Shown here piece by piece: positions 9,311 through 19,904 of a DNA stretch of 63,512 nt. This DNA is from Elusimicrobiota bacterium (lineage in GTDB: Bacteria; Elusimicrobiota; Elusimicrobia; Elusimicrobiales; UBA9959), in NCBI GenBank assembly GCA_036574205.1, contig JAINCQ010000007.1, positions 1 through 63,512 of the forward strand, read 5' to 3'. Position numbers and translations under genes: made by a program. The notes under the pieces are model-generated. The model made no database searches and was not told where the DNA came from. It saw only the letters and a list, made by a program, of their open reading frames with translations. Numbering within the stretch: the first letter of the stretch is position 1; each line of letters starts with the position of its first letter.

Positions 9311-12300
9311 ATTTTTACTTCCGATTTCACACTCATATCCATTGCTCTTTTAAGATCAACAGATATTACCTTTGAAACTCCTAATTCTTCCATTGTCACA
9401 CCATATATCTTATCTCCAACCTCCATAGTTCTTTTATTATGAGTTATTACTATAAACTGAGTAGTAGGAGCAAATTCTTTCAAAAGCCGCACAAATCTTT
9501 CAACATTTGCCTCATCTAACGCAGCATCTACCTCATCCATAACGCAAAATGGGGATGGATTAACACAAAAAAAACTAAAGACAAGAGCGAGAGCCGCAAG
9601 AGATTTTTCTCCACCTGAAAGCTGAGATATATTTACCAGCCTCTTACCAGGAGGATGCATCATTATTTCTATCCCAGTTTCAAGAAGATTGTCTGGATTT
9701 GTAAGCACAAGGTTTGCAGTTCCACCATTAAATAAAGTCGCATATATCTTTTTAAAATATTCTTGAACTTTATCAAATGTTTGTTTAAAATTTTCTTTTG
9801 TTGTCTGATTTATTTGAACTATAGCATTTTTAAGATTTTCTTTTGCTGTTTTTAAATCATCTATATGAACTTTTTTATCATTATATTCTTTTATTAAAGC
9901 GTCATATTCCTCTGGGGCAGTCATATTAACAGCGCCCATATTTTCTATCCTTTTTTTGAGATACTCTATTCTATCAATGTCTACTTCAACGTTAGTATAA
10001 TTTTCCTTTACTTCCTCATATTTTACCTGATATTCACTTATAAGTTTCAAATTTATATCATCAATCTTAGTATTAAGTGTATTAATCCTTAATTCTACTT
10101 CCTGTTTCTTCTCTATCTGCTCCTTAAGAACTTCATTATTCTCTCTTATTAAAGCATTAAGCCTTGCTATATCAGCCTTAATCTGTTCTATCTCCTGATA
10201 AATATTATTTCTTTTTATCTCATATTCTTTCCTATCATTATTTAACTCATCAAGATTAATTTTTAGTTTTTCATTATCTGATCTAAGAGATAAAAGTCTG
10301 TTTTCCATTTCCGTTTTCTTCGCAAGATATGTTTCCTTCTCAATATTTATATCATTTATTCGCTTTTCAAGTTCAGCAGTTTCGTTTTCTATCCTTTCAA
10401 TTTCCGTCTTATAAGAGGAAAGTCTGTATTCAATAGATGAAAGAGATCCTTTTTTCTGGATAAGTTCTTTTTCAAGAGATATTCTCCTGTTTTTAAGCTC
10501 ATCAATCTCCTGTTTTTTTACTGTAGTCTTATTCTTTATCTCATTTATTTCAGATTTATATTTTTCAATCAATACTTTTATCTCTTTTTCTCTATCGCTT
10601 AATTTCAGAATATCGTTATTTATAAAAGAAATTTCTTCTTCTAAAACACTTTTTCTTTCAAATTCATTCTTCAAGGAACTTTCAAATTTTGCTATTTCTA
10701 TATTCTTAGTGTCTATTTCTTTTTCTACTTCTGAAAGTTCCTGCGATAACCTCGCTATGGATGTTTTAGTTACTTCTTGCTCCTTCTCAAGAGACATAGA
10801 TTTTTCTATAAATCGAGATATTTGCTCCTTTAATTCATTAGTCTCACCCCAGTATGGCTCGTTTGTACTAACATTTTTAGCCCCACCCACAACCCATATA
10901 TCAGATATAACATCCCCATCATTAAATATAACCCTTGAAAGAAGGCAATGAACTAAATCTGAATATTCATCTGGATAAGAGATATTTAAACCAACAGGCT
11001 TATTTTCATAAACAATTTTTGGAACATTCTCAAGAACCAAAAATCTTGCTCTTCCTTTTCCAGTACTTTTTAAATGAGCTATACAATTAAGCGCAGTATC
11101 TCTGTCTTTAACCACAATAGCATCTATGAATTTTCCAAAAGCATCTTCAACTATATACCTATCACCCGTATCAAATTTCAAAATATTCCTTAGAATATTA
11201 TAGACGCCAGGTAAATTGGCATTAAGTATCTCATTTGTTCCAATCCAGTATGTATCTCGCTCAGCATCTTTAAGAAGGGAATCAAGTCGTGCTCTGGAAG
11301 ATGCGATATCCACAGAAATTTTTGCTATCTCATCATTAATAGCTTTAAGTTTATTATTCTCTTTTTCAATTTCAGTTAACAATTGATTCTGACGAGACAA
11401 AAGCAGATTTCTATCATTGTTTAAATTCATAATATTTTCATTAAGCAAGGAGATTTCTTTTTCAACTGAAGTCATCTCTAAAGTAAGTTTCTCCTTTTCC
11501 CTGTTTACATTAGCTATATCCTCGCCTATATGGGCAAGCTCCGATTCTGTCCTGATTATTATATTTGAAAGATTTATTTCATTCTGATAGAAAGCACTAT
11601 GCTCGCTTTCACCATGTCTTAAAGCATTATCAACTTCAGCTATTTTATTTTCAATCTCCTTATATTCGTTTTCTATTTTCTTATACTCAGACTCAATATT
11701 TAACATTAAACTTTTCTCCATCTCAAGTTTTGCTTTTTTATCAGAAAGTGCAGGGATATACTTATTTTTGTTTTCAATATTTTTTTGTCTGGTCATTTCA
11801 AGATCACTAAGTTGTCGGCTTATCTCAGATATTAGTTCATCATTTTTAACTATTACCCCTTCAACCCTGACCGTATCAGCTCTAATATTTGAAATGCTTT
11901 CAGCAAGAGATTTTTCCTCCTGGATTTTATCATTCAAAATAATCTCTTTATTGCTAAGCTCAGCACCAAGTTTTGCAATATCTACATTAATTTCATCTAT
12001 TTCAGAAAGGATAGGAGAAAGATTCTTTTTCTCCTGCTCAATTTCCGAAAAATAAGCATTTATAGTTTTTACATTATAGGCAATCTCAGCATCTTTTAGT
12101 TCCTGACGGTATTTTTGCTGAAGTTTCGCTCTTTTTGCTTCCTGTTCAAGCTTCTTTATCTGCTGCTCTATTACAGCAACAGAGCTTTCAACTATTGAAA
12201 GATCATACTCTACCTTTTCCAGTTTTCTAAGGGTCTCTTCTCTTTTAGCTTTATATTTTGATATCCCTGCTACCTCTTCAAAAACCTCACGCCTTTCTTC

Positions 12301-12762
12301 GGCATTTGATAAAAATATCTCCTCTATCTCACCCTGATCTATTATAGAATAACCATTAGAACCGACTCCTGTATCAAGAAATAACTCCCTTATATCTTTA
12401 AGCCTGCATCCTACCCTGTTTATAAAATATTCAGATTCCTCGCTTCTATAAATCTTCCTTGTTATTGCCACCTCATTAAAATCAACGTTTAGCTTCCTTT
12501 CAGAATTATCAAAGATAAGCGTAACCTCAGCCAGATTCATAGGTTGCCTTTTTGTTGTCCCGGCAAAAATAACATCCAGCATAGAAGGCATTCTGAGAGA
12601 CTTTGAAGACATCTCTCCAATACACCACTTAATTGCATCAACTATATTTGATTTTCCGCAACCATTTGGTCCAACTATAACATTTATACCGGGGAAAAAT
12701 TCTATTTTTACTCTATTAGCAAAAGATTTAAATCCATTTATCTCAACATATTTAAGATACAT
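9307..12762 (-). CDS. smc: Chromosome segregation protein SMC
   Basis: GFKSF, Walker A GPNGCGKSN, long coiled coils, central hinge, LSGGEK signature, DEVDAALD, ITHNK. Confidence 0.96.
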   Translation of the reverse strand: MYLKYVEINGFKSFANRVKIEFFPGINVIVGPNGCGKSNIVDAIKWCIGEMSSKSLRMPSMLDVIFAGTTKRQPMNLAEVTLIFDNSERKLNVDFNEVAITRKIYRSEESEYFINRVGCRLKDIRELFLDTGVGSNGYSIIDQGEIEEIFLSNAEERREVFEEVAGISKYKAKREETLRKLEKVEYDLSIVESSVAVIEQQIKKLEQEAKRAKLQQKYRQELKDAEIAYNVKTINAYFSEIEQEKKNLSPILSEIDEINVDIAKLGAELSNKEIILNDKIQEEKSLAESISNIRADTVRVEGVIVKNDELISEISRQLSDLEMTRQKNIENKNKYIPALSDKKAKLEMEKSLMLNIESEYKKIENEYKEIENKIAEVDNALRHGESEHSAFYQNEINLSNIIIRTESELAHIGEDIANVNREKEKLTLEMTSVEKEISLLNENIMNLNNDRNLLLSRQNQLLTEIEKENNKLKAINDEIAKISVDIASSRARLDSLLKDAERDTYWIGTNEILNANLPGVYNILRNILKFDTGDRYIVEDAFGKFIDAIVVKDRDTALNCIAHLKSTGKGRARFLVLENVPKIVYENKPVGLNISYPDEYSDLVHCLLSRVIFNDGDVISDIWVVGGAKNVSTNEPYWGETNELKEQISRFIEKSMSLEKEQEVTKTSIARLSQELSEVEKEIDTKNIEIAKFESSLKNEFERKSVLEEEISFINNDILKLSDREKEIKVLIEKYKSEINEIKNKTTVKKQEIDELKNRRISLEKELIQKKGSLSSIEYRLSSYKTEIERIENETAELEKRINDINIEKETYLAKKTEMENRLLSLRSDNEKLKINLDELNNDRKEYEIKRNNIYQEIEQIKADIARLNALIRENNEVLKEQIEKKQEVELRINTLNTKIDDINLKLISEYQVKYEEVKENYTNVEVDIDRIEYLKKRIENMGAVNMTAPEEYDALIKEYNDKKVHIDDLKTAKENLKNAIVQINQTTKENFKQTFDKVQEYFKKIYATLFNGGTANLVLTNPDNLLETGIEIMMHPPGKRLVNISQLSGGEKSLAALALVFSFFCVNPSPFCVMDEVDAALDEANVERFVRLLKEFAPTTQFIVITHNKRTMEVGDKIYGVTMEELGVSKVISVDLKRAMDMSVKSEVKI

Positions 12763-12839
12763 TATATGACTCCTTAAACTCTAATTTTTTTCAACAATCT
12801 AAATTATATAAAATTTGAATCATAATCTTAGCGTAAAAA

Positions 12840-13052
12840 CTAACGATTTCTTATCAAATTTAAAATAACAGTCAAAATTAAGCTAAATATAAGAGAAGTT
12901 GTAAAAGGGAAATAAAAAGAAAAATTGCCCTTCTTATAGTATATATCACCTGGAAGACGGAAGATATTGAAAAATTTTGGCAAAAAAAGGATTATTACCC
13001 CAATCATAAAAAATATTATCCCAACAAAGATAAAACTTTTTCCCAGATTCAT
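12840..13052 (-). CDS. DUF2905-family small membrane protein
   Basis: RLPGDI...FYFPFTTSLIFSLILT signature. Confidence 0.85.
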   Translation of the reverse strand: MNLGKSFIFVGIIFFMIGVIILFLPKFFNIFRLPGDIYYKKGNFSFYFPFTTSLIFSLILTVILNLIRNR

Positions 13053-13055
13053 CGT

Positions 13056-13895
13056 TTAAAATTTGATTAACCCTTTTATAGCCTTTTTAGCTCCCTGTTC
13101 TATTTCATCCTTAGCCTTTTCCTGAGCCTGTTTTTTTAACTCCTCTTTCATATTTTCAACCATCATCTGCATTATGCTTCTTACTGAAAATGAGTTTTTA
13201 TATCTTTCCCAGATTTTTGTATCCAAAAGCTTATAATCTTTTGGAATTTCAAATAAATCCTGAGAAAATTCTTTATTTTTAACATCTACAACCTCATATT
13301 CACACTTTGCTTCTTTTGATTCAAGATTTTGTTTTAAGACAAATGCATCATACACAGGCATACCTTTTATTTTTGTCTCCTCGATATTACTTACCATATT
13401 TTTAAAGAATTCAATTGCCTCATATAATTTCTTATCCTCGCAAAGCCATACATAACCTGAATATAATTTATCTTTTATCTGATACTTTATAGTTGGAAAA
13501 GATGCAATTTTTTCTCCTTCTCCAATTTTTTTAAAACTCATATTAGAAACTTCAAGTTCTTTGCCAGATGGGACAAGATCTTTTCCTTGTTCATAAGCTT
13601 TTCTCATATCATCAAAAGTAAACTCAATATAACCCTTTTGCTCCGGGATAACAGTCCATATTACTTTCTTATCAAGTCTCATTATTGTAATAACACTCTC
13701 TTTCTTTTTTTCACCTCCATCTTCAACGGGAACCTTCATCTCACTTCTATACATATTTTTTTTATAGTAATTTTCCCCATAAATTTTTTCCTTAGAATTT
13801 TCTGTTTGATAATTTGATCTATATTTTACCCATACTCCAGCATAAGAAAATTGAAAACAAAGAATAAGCATATAAATAAAAGCAACCATTCTCAT
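13056..13895 (-). CDS. Exported DUF4412-like protein
   Basis: SD AAGGAGG before ATG 13895; signal peptide; ITIMRLDKKVIW, YIEFT, DLFEIPKDYK. Confidence 0.65.
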   Translation of the reverse strand: MRMVAFIYMLILCFQFSYAGVWVKYRSNYQTENSKEKIYGENYYKKNMYRSEMKVPVEDGGEKKKESVITIMRLDKKVIWTVIPEQKGYIEFTFDDMRKAYEQGKDLVPSGKELEVSNMSFKKIGEGEKIASFPTIKYQIKDKLYSGYVWLCEDKKLYEAIEFFKNMVSNIEETKIKGMPVYDAFVLKQNLESKEAKCEYEVVDVKNKEFSQDLFEIPKDYKLLDTKIWERYKNSFSVRSIMQMMVENMKEELKKQAQEKAKDEIEQGAKKAIKGLIKF

Positions 13896-13949
13896 ATTAT
13901 CCTCCTTATTCGTATATTTTATCAAATTTATAAATGCTAAAATTTATTT

Positions 13950-15125
13950 ATGCAAGAACAACCTGAAGGAAAAAAGATTATAAATAATATAAAAAAGCAC
14001 AATTTCTCTACTTTCACAAAAATTTTAATTTTTTTATTTATTTTCTTTTTAATTTCATTTTTTAGTATTAAACTTTTATCAAATAAAATAAAAAACCAGA
14101 TTTCTTTAAGAACAAAAAATTTTTTTGAAAATAAACTTGAAAGAAAAATAACCTATGACAAACTACATATATCAACAGATTTCATTGAACTCAAAAATCT
14201 TTTAATATTAGAAAAAAAAAGCGAAAAAGAGTTTGCCAGTATTAAAGAAATAAAAGTAATATTTGATATATTCCCGTTATTAAAAAAATCAGATATAATA
14301 TTTGACAGAATATTTTTTGAAAAATCCCGAATAAATTTTTATAAAAATTTTAACTGGAATTTTAAGGATATAATTGACCTTATTGGCGAAAGCCACAAAC
14401 CATTTTATCAAAGAATGATATTTAGAGAAATAAAAACAAAAGAACTGGATATTTTAATTAAAACGCTGAAAAACGAATTATTTTTTAAAAACTCAAATAT
14501 TGATATTTCACATTCCATAAACTCAACAGATTTTGATATAAAAGCTGTATCTGAAATATTTGCGATATTAAATTCTAAAAATACACTGACAGCAAAGGCT
14601 CAAATCAACTCAAAAATAAAAATAATAGATGAAATAGAAATGCTTGATATTTTGAATTTAAGCTTTGAAAATTTTGAATACGAAAATTTAAAATTTTCTT
14701 ATGGAGAGATTAGAGGAAAATATATCAAAGACAAATCTTTAAATTTAAATATAGATATAAAAGATTTATCTGGTTATAAAATGACTAAAATATACAATCT
14801 TATTAATTCAAGTTATAAAAAGATTTATTCAAAAGATATAGATATCTCATCACAAATAGATATACAAATGAACGTGGAGATAGAAAAGAATAATAGATTT
14901 AATTTTGAAATTATAAGTGATGAATTTACGCTAAACTCCAAAATAAACTATATTGAAAACAAGAGTATGTGGAATTTTAAAACTAAAAATTACTATTTTA
15001 AATTTGAATCCTATTCAGGAAAACAAAAAATAACTTCTAATTTCTCAGAAACTTTAAACAAATTTATAACAGAATTTATAATAAAAGCAGAAACAGAGTT
15101 TAAAAAAACATCGGAGGTATTATGA
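13950..15125 (+). CDS. AsmA/DUF748-like membrane-anchored protein
   Basis: N-terminal TM, LERKITYDKL..IELKNLLI..FASIKEIKVIFDIFPLL, WNFKDI. Confidence 0.55.
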   Translation: MQEQPEGKKIINNIKKHNFSTFTKILIFLFIFFLISFFSIKLLSNKIKNQISLRTKNFFENKLERKITYDKLHISTDFIELKNLLILEKKSEKEFASIKEIKVIFDIFPLLKKSDIIFDRIFFEKSRINFYKNFNWNFKDIIDLIGESHKPFYQRMIFREIKTKELDILIKTLKNELFFKNSNIDISHSINSTDFDIKAVSEIFAILNSKNTLTAKAQINSKIKIIDEIEMLDILNLSFENFEYENLKFSYGEIRGKYIKDKSLNLNIDIKDLSGYKMTKIYNLINSSYKKIYSKDIDISSQIDIQMNVEIEKNNRFNFEIISDEFTLNSKINYIENKSMWNFKTKNYYFKFESYSGKQKITSNFSETLNKFITEFIIKAETEFKKTSEVL

Positions 15126-16465
15126 AAGTTATTATAATAGGATCAGGTCCCGCAGGATATCCCTGCGCTTTAAAATTAAAGCAGTTAGGGGCTGATGTCA
15201 AAATAATCGAAAACTGGACATTTGGGGGCACATGTCTTAATAGAGGATGCATCCCTTCTAAAGCTATCCTTGAAATAGCTCATAGATATCATTTAACAAA
15301 AGATATAAAAGATTTTTTTGAAGGCGATATAAATTTATTAAAACTCAAATGGGATAAAATAAAAGAGCACAAGACAAAAGTAATTGAAGAACTAAGAACT
15401 TCTCTTGAAAAATTATTTTTGATGAAAAGGATAGAGGTAATCAGGGGAAAAGCCAAATTAGCTGGAGAAAACTTAATTGAAGTAGACTCAAATGGAGTAA
15501 AAAGTTTAATTGAGTTTGATAAACTTGTAATAGCAACAGGGACAAAACCATTTTATCCCCAACCTTTTGATTCATACAGAGAAAAACTTACAGATTCAGA
15601 TAAAATATTTGATATGGAAAATCAGCCAGAATCTTTAACAATAATTGGAGCAGGGGTAATAGGCATAGAAATGGCTTGTTTTTTCAATGCGATAGGAAGC
15701 GAGGTAAAAGTTGTGGACATAATGAACGAAATTTTGCCTTCTGAAGATCCACAAATAACTAAAGTTCTAAAAAATGAACTTGAAAAAAGAGGCGTCAGAT
15801 TTTATCTTGGACAAAAAACTATAGATATAAAATTTGAAGGCGACAAAAAAATAATTAAACTTGAAAGCGGAGAAGAGATAAAATCATCTGAAATAATGTT
15901 AGCGACAGGTAGAGTAGCCGATTTAAAAGAATTAAATCTTGAAGCCGGGAAAGTAAAATATTCAAGATTTATAGAGGTTGATAAAAATTTTAAAACCACA
16001 AACCCAAATATATATGCCATTGGAGATGTAAATGGAATATCCCTTTTAGCACATTCTGCAACAAGACAGGGTGAATTGGTGGCTGAAAATATCTGTTTAA
16101 ACAAAGAAGTAGAGTTTGATAGAAATATTGTCCCATCTTGCATATACTCTTTTCCAGAACTGGCATGTGTTGGAATAAACACAAAAGAGGCAAAAGAAAA
16201 GGGACTAAATATAAAAATAAAGAAATCTTTTTATCAGGTTTTAGGAAAGGCAGTTGCAACAAAACAAAAACAGGGTTTCATTCAAATAATAACCGATGAA
16301 AATGAGACTGTAATAGGTGCTCAAATAGTTGGTGCCTCAGCAACTGAGATTATACATATACTTGCCCTTGCAATAAAATTTAATATGAAGACGAAGGATT
16401 TAAAATCAATAATATATGCTCATCCAACAATGAGTGAAATAATAAATGAGGCTATCTCAAAATAA
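15122..16465 (+). CDS. lpdA: Dihydrolipoyl dehydrogenase
   Basis: GSGPAG, GGTCLNRGCIPSK redox disulfide, GAGVIGIE, IYAIGD, HPTMSE. Confidence 0.93.
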   Translation: MKVIIIGSGPAGYPCALKLKQLGADVKIIENWTFGGTCLNRGCIPSKAILEIAHRYHLTKDIKDFFEGDINLLKLKWDKIKEHKTKVIEELRTSLEKLFLMKRIEVIRGKAKLAGENLIEVDSNGVKSLIEFDKLVIATGTKPFYPQPFDSYREKLTDSDKIFDMENQPESLTIIGAGVIGIEMACFFNAIGSEVKVVDIMNEILPSEDPQITKVLKNELEKRGVRFYLGQKTIDIKFEGDKKIIKLESGEEIKSSEIMLATGRVADLKELNLEAGKVKYSRFIEVDKNFKTTNPNIYAIGDVNGISLLAHSATRQGELVAENICLNKEVEFDRNIVPSCIYSFPELACVGINTKEAKEKGLNIKIKKSFYQVLGKAVATKQKQGFIQIITDENETVIGAQIVGASATEIIHILALAIKFNMKTKDLKSIIYAHPTMSEIINEAISK

Positions 16466-16476
16466 TTTTAAATAGT

Positions 16477-17697
16477 TTATTCTTTATGACTATTTTTTAA
16501 AAAATATGTAAGGGCATAAAATCTACCAGAAGTTGAAATAGCAAGTATTAAAATAAAAGTTGAAATATTTTTAAAATGTATTTTATCATATAAAATTCCA
16601 CCGATAAAAGATCCTAAAAACTGAGCAACTGACATTATAAATATTAAATAAGCTGTATATTTTGTTCTTTCATCTGCCTTAACATATTCATAAACAAAAG
16701 TATTATAAACTATAGCAAAAGCTCCCCATACAAAACCTGAAAAAATTTCAATAGCTAAAAGAATATAAAAATTTTTAGTAAAAATCCACATAAAAGATAT
16801 TAACGGGATTGATATAAAAGCATATTTTAAAGTTCTCACACTCCCTTTTTTATCCACCAATTTTCCCCAGAATCTAGCGGTAAACCATGTAAGAACCTGT
16901 CCAAAACTTGTTAAAAACATATATTTTATATAATCAAATTCAAGTTCCTTTAATATATAAACACTAAAATATGGAGCAGCTATATATGTTGATAAAAGTA
17001 GTATAAAAATAGCAACATAAATTTTTCTAACAAAAGGATTTATCTTAAAATTATAAAAATAAGATAAAAATGATGGCTTTTCTTTTGGTATAAAATATTT
17101 TTTATCAGGTTCATACATAAGATTAATGTAATATGAGGAACAGAATCTAAAAAAAGAAGCCAATAAAAAAAGGATAAATAAAATATTTTTTGTATTACTA
17201 TTATATACTTTCAATAGATACCCTGCCACAAAACTTGAAAAGAAGTAAAAAATTCCTATGATTTGAGTCCTTTTCCCAAAAAATTTCCCTCTGCTATTTT
17301 GTGGAAGATACTCTCCCATAAGTGTAAACCAGGGGGCAGTTGCAACCGAACCTGAAAAACTATATCCTATTACTAAAAATAAAAACAAATATTTAGACCA
17401 CCATAAATCTATTAATATTGTAAAAGATGATATAAAAATACAAAAAGCTTGAATAAAAACAGACCAGTATACAATTTTTTGGCAACTTCTATAATACCAC
17501 ACAAGCCATTCAGAGAAAAACTGAGAAAAAGAAGATATAAGCGAAGGAATAGATCTAACTACCCCTATAAATAAATTAGAAGCACCTAAATTTAAAGCAA
17601 AGGGAACAATATAAGGCTCAACAAGACCAACCATATTTGCCCAGCATATTCCATCTTTTATAGACAAGTCAATGCTTTTTCTTACTTTTCCTTTCAT
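16477..17697 (-). CDS. MFS transporter
   Basis: About 12 hydrophobic segments; RGKFFGKR, WGKLVDKKG loop motif. Confidence 0.85.
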   Translation of the reverse strand: MKGKVRKSIDLSIKDGICWANMVGLVEPYIVPFALNLGASNLFIGVVRSIPSLISSFSQFFSEWLVWYYRSCQKIVYWSVFIQAFCIFISSFTILIDLWWSKYLFLFLVIGYSFSGSVATAPWFTLMGEYLPQNSRGKFFGKRTQIIGIFYFFSSFVAGYLLKVYNSNTKNILFILFLLASFFRFCSSYYINLMYEPDKKYFIPKEKPSFLSYFYNFKINPFVRKIYVAIFILLLSTYIAAPYFSVYILKELEFDYIKYMFLTSFGQVLTWFTARFWGKLVDKKGSVRTLKYAFISIPLISFMWIFTKNFYILLAIEIFSGFVWGAFAIVYNTFVYEYVKADERTKYTAYLIFIMSVAQFLGSFIGGILYDKIHFKNISTFILILAISTSGRFYALTYFLKNSHKE

Positions 17698-17732
17698 ATA
17701 ATTAGAAATATAAAGATATAAAACTAGACCTT

Positions 17733-18725
17733 TTATTCCTCTTCACTTAGTTTTACTTCAGAATTTTCTCCCACATTAAGACTATATTTTTTGCCTATCA
17801 CGACAGCAGACGGGCCTATGAGAGAAGAAGATAGATTTGAGTTTTTAATATAAGCATCTTCATTTATAATGGAATCCGATATTATAGAATTTTCTATCTC
17901 CACTCTATCTCCAATAGAAACATATGGTCCTATTATAGAATTTTTAATTTTTGCAAAAGGAGATATATAAACAGGGTTTATTATAATTGAATGTTTTAAT
18001 TTATATTTTTTATATTTTTTTGTGAGTATATATCTGTTTGTGGCAAGAAGAGTATCAGGTTTTCCACAATCATACCACCCGGATATTTTAACAGGCTCAA
18101 TTTTATATTTTTTTTCTATCATATATCTCATTGCATCTGTAAGCTGTATCTCTCCCTTAGTTGTTTTTCCATTTTTAACTATCCAGTTAAGCGCTTCAAA
18201 TAAATCCTTTGAGTCTGGAAATGAATATACACCTGATATCGCCAGATTTGTAGGTGGGTTTTTAGGCTTTTCAATCATATCAACTATCTTCCCATTTCTT
18301 ATCTTTACTATTCCAAATCTTTGAGGGTCTTTAACCTCATTTATGCCTATCTTTGCAGTTTTTAAGTCAAGAAATTTTTTGATATCAGTCTCAATTATTG
18401 TATCTCCAAGGATTATCAATATAGGCCCTTTTATCAGATCTTGAGCAAGCCATATGGCATGTCCAAGACCTTTTTGTTCTTCTTGAAAGACATATTCAGG
18501 ATTTATTTTATTTGAATAATTTTTAAAAATATATTCCTTAACTTTTTCTCCAAGATAGCCAATTACAAAGCAAATATTTTTTATATCACTTTCAATAAGC
18601 TTATCTACTATGTGTCCTAAGATCGGTTTATCTCCAACTGTTAGTAAAACCTTTGGATAGGTATATGTATGAGGTTTTAATCTCGTCCCTGTTCCAGCAA
18701 CAGGTATAATAGCAGAATAACTCAT
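17733..18725 (-). CDS. Sugar-phosphate nucleotidyltransferase (long glucose-1-phosphate thymidylyltransferase type)
   Basis: AGTGTRLKPHT..PK, GLGHA, EKP, EIQLTDA, WYDCG, C-terminal hexapeptide repeats. Confidence 0.88.
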   Translation of the reverse strand: MSYSAIIPVAGTGTRLKPHTYTYPKVLLTVGDKPILGHIVDKLIESDIKNICFVIGYLGEKVKEYIFKNYSNKINPEYVFQEEQKGLGHAIWLAQDLIKGPILIILGDTIIETDIKKFLDLKTAKIGINEVKDPQRFGIVKIRNGKIVDMIEKPKNPPTNLAISGVYSFPDSKDLFEALNWIVKNGKTTKGEIQLTDAMRYMIEKKYKIEPVKISGWYDCGKPDTLLATNRYILTKKYKKYKLKHSIIINPVYISPFAKIKNSIIGPYVSIGDRVEIENSIISDSIINEDAYIKNSNLSSSLIGPSAVVIGKKYSLNVGENSEVKLSEEE

Positions 18726-18735
18726 TTTCCCTCCA

Positions 18736-19023
18736 CTAAATTTTAAAACTTATTCCTAAAATCAATAATATCAAAATTGTCAAAGCATAAAAAGAATATT
18801 TATATTCTTTAAGCTTTTGAAAACCATATAAAAGCATAATAATTCTTAGTAAGGGAGTTATTATTAATATAAAAATAGCAGTGTTTATTATTTTTAGATG
18901 CAAAATTGGGCTTATAGGTTTAACTATGTAAGACAAAAGAGACAATAAAATAAATAAAATAACCCCAATCTTTAAAACAAAACTTACTAAAGAAAGAAAC
19001 TTTTTTTCATTAAAAACTTTCAT
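18736..19023 (-). CDS. DUF1634-like membrane protein
   Basis: LKIGV, ILIITPLLRII motif; coupled to a TauE gene as is typical. Confidence 0.7.
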   Translation of the reverse strand: MKVFNEKKFLSLVSFVLKIGVILFILLSLLSYIVKPISPILHLKIINTAIFILIITPLLRIIMLLYGFQKLKEYKYSFYALTILILLILGISFKI

Positions 19024-19859
19024 CTAAAAACACTCCATATCATTTTAAGACTAACAATCATAAGCAATATAGAAAAAATAATCTGAAGAGTATGATTTTT
19101 GGCTTTACTCAAAAACTTAATACCTAAAAAACCACCCAATACAACACCTATTGTCATAAAAACCGCTATATCATTAATAATATACCCATTTTTATAAAGT
19201 ATTAAAACGCTTGCGCAGGCGCTAAGTCCAATCATAAAATTGCTTGTTGAAGTGGCAACTTTCATTGGAATCTTTGAAATTATATTCATAACAGGAACCT
19301 GAACTATACCACCTCCAAGACCGAACAATCCAGACATACATCCACCAAGGAAAGAAAAAATAAAAGCTATTTTTTCTTTTTTAATATCGTAGTAAATTTC
19401 TCTTTGTAATGAACTGTCATAATATTGAAATTTTCCACTTTGGACAAAATTAATATTTTTTTCATGTGAGCGTTTTTTTTCTTTTCTGCCTTTATAATAC
19501 ATACTTAATGCTACCGGAAGTATCATAAAACCAAAAAGAAGTTGTAATATATATGGATTTATTCTAAGCATTATAAATGTGGAAACTATAGAACCCAAAG
19601 CCATAGGCATTTCCATAAAAGTTCCAAGCCTTACATTAGTAATTCCTTTTTCTACATTTATACTTGCAACTGAGCTTGATGTGGCTATTATTGAAAGCAA
19701 GGAGATGGCTATCGCGCTTTTTATAGGGATATGAAAGACAAGGGTTAAAAAAGGAACTATAAAAACACCGCCACCAACCCCCATAACAGAACCTAAGATT
19801 CCTATTAAAATTCCAAAAAAAACCAATATTAATATATATAAAAAATTTAACTCTACCAT
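19020..19859 (-). CDS. TauE/SafE (TSUP) family transporter
   Basis: GVGGGVFIVP and GLGGGIVQVP duplicated motifs, PMKVATSTSNFMIG. Confidence 0.9.
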   Translation of the reverse strand: MVELNFLYILILVFFGILIGILGSVMGVGGGVFIVPFLTLVFHIPIKSAIAISLLSIIATSSSVASINVEKGITNVRLGTFMEMPMALGSIVSTFIMLRINPYILQLLFGFMILPVALSMYYKGRKEKKRSHEKNINFVQSGKFQYYDSSLQREIYYDIKKEKIAFIFSFLGGCMSGLFGLGGGIVQVPVMNIISKIPMKVATSTSNFMIGLSACASVLILYKNGYIINDIAVFMTIGVVLGGFLGIKFLSKAKNHTLQIIFSILLMIVSLKMIWSVFR

Positions 19860-19904
19860 TTTTTTTAGCTTTCCTTCATATATATTTATTTTACATAAAA
19901 CTAA

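Noticed and set aside
8570..12762. SMC plus phosphoesterase as SbcCD/Rad50-Mre11 or a Wadjet-type defence system
   Set aside because: The ATPase has canonical Smc motifs and a globular hinge (no CxxC hook); the phosphoesterase is a short NPGSVGQPRDG type; no jetABD-like genes
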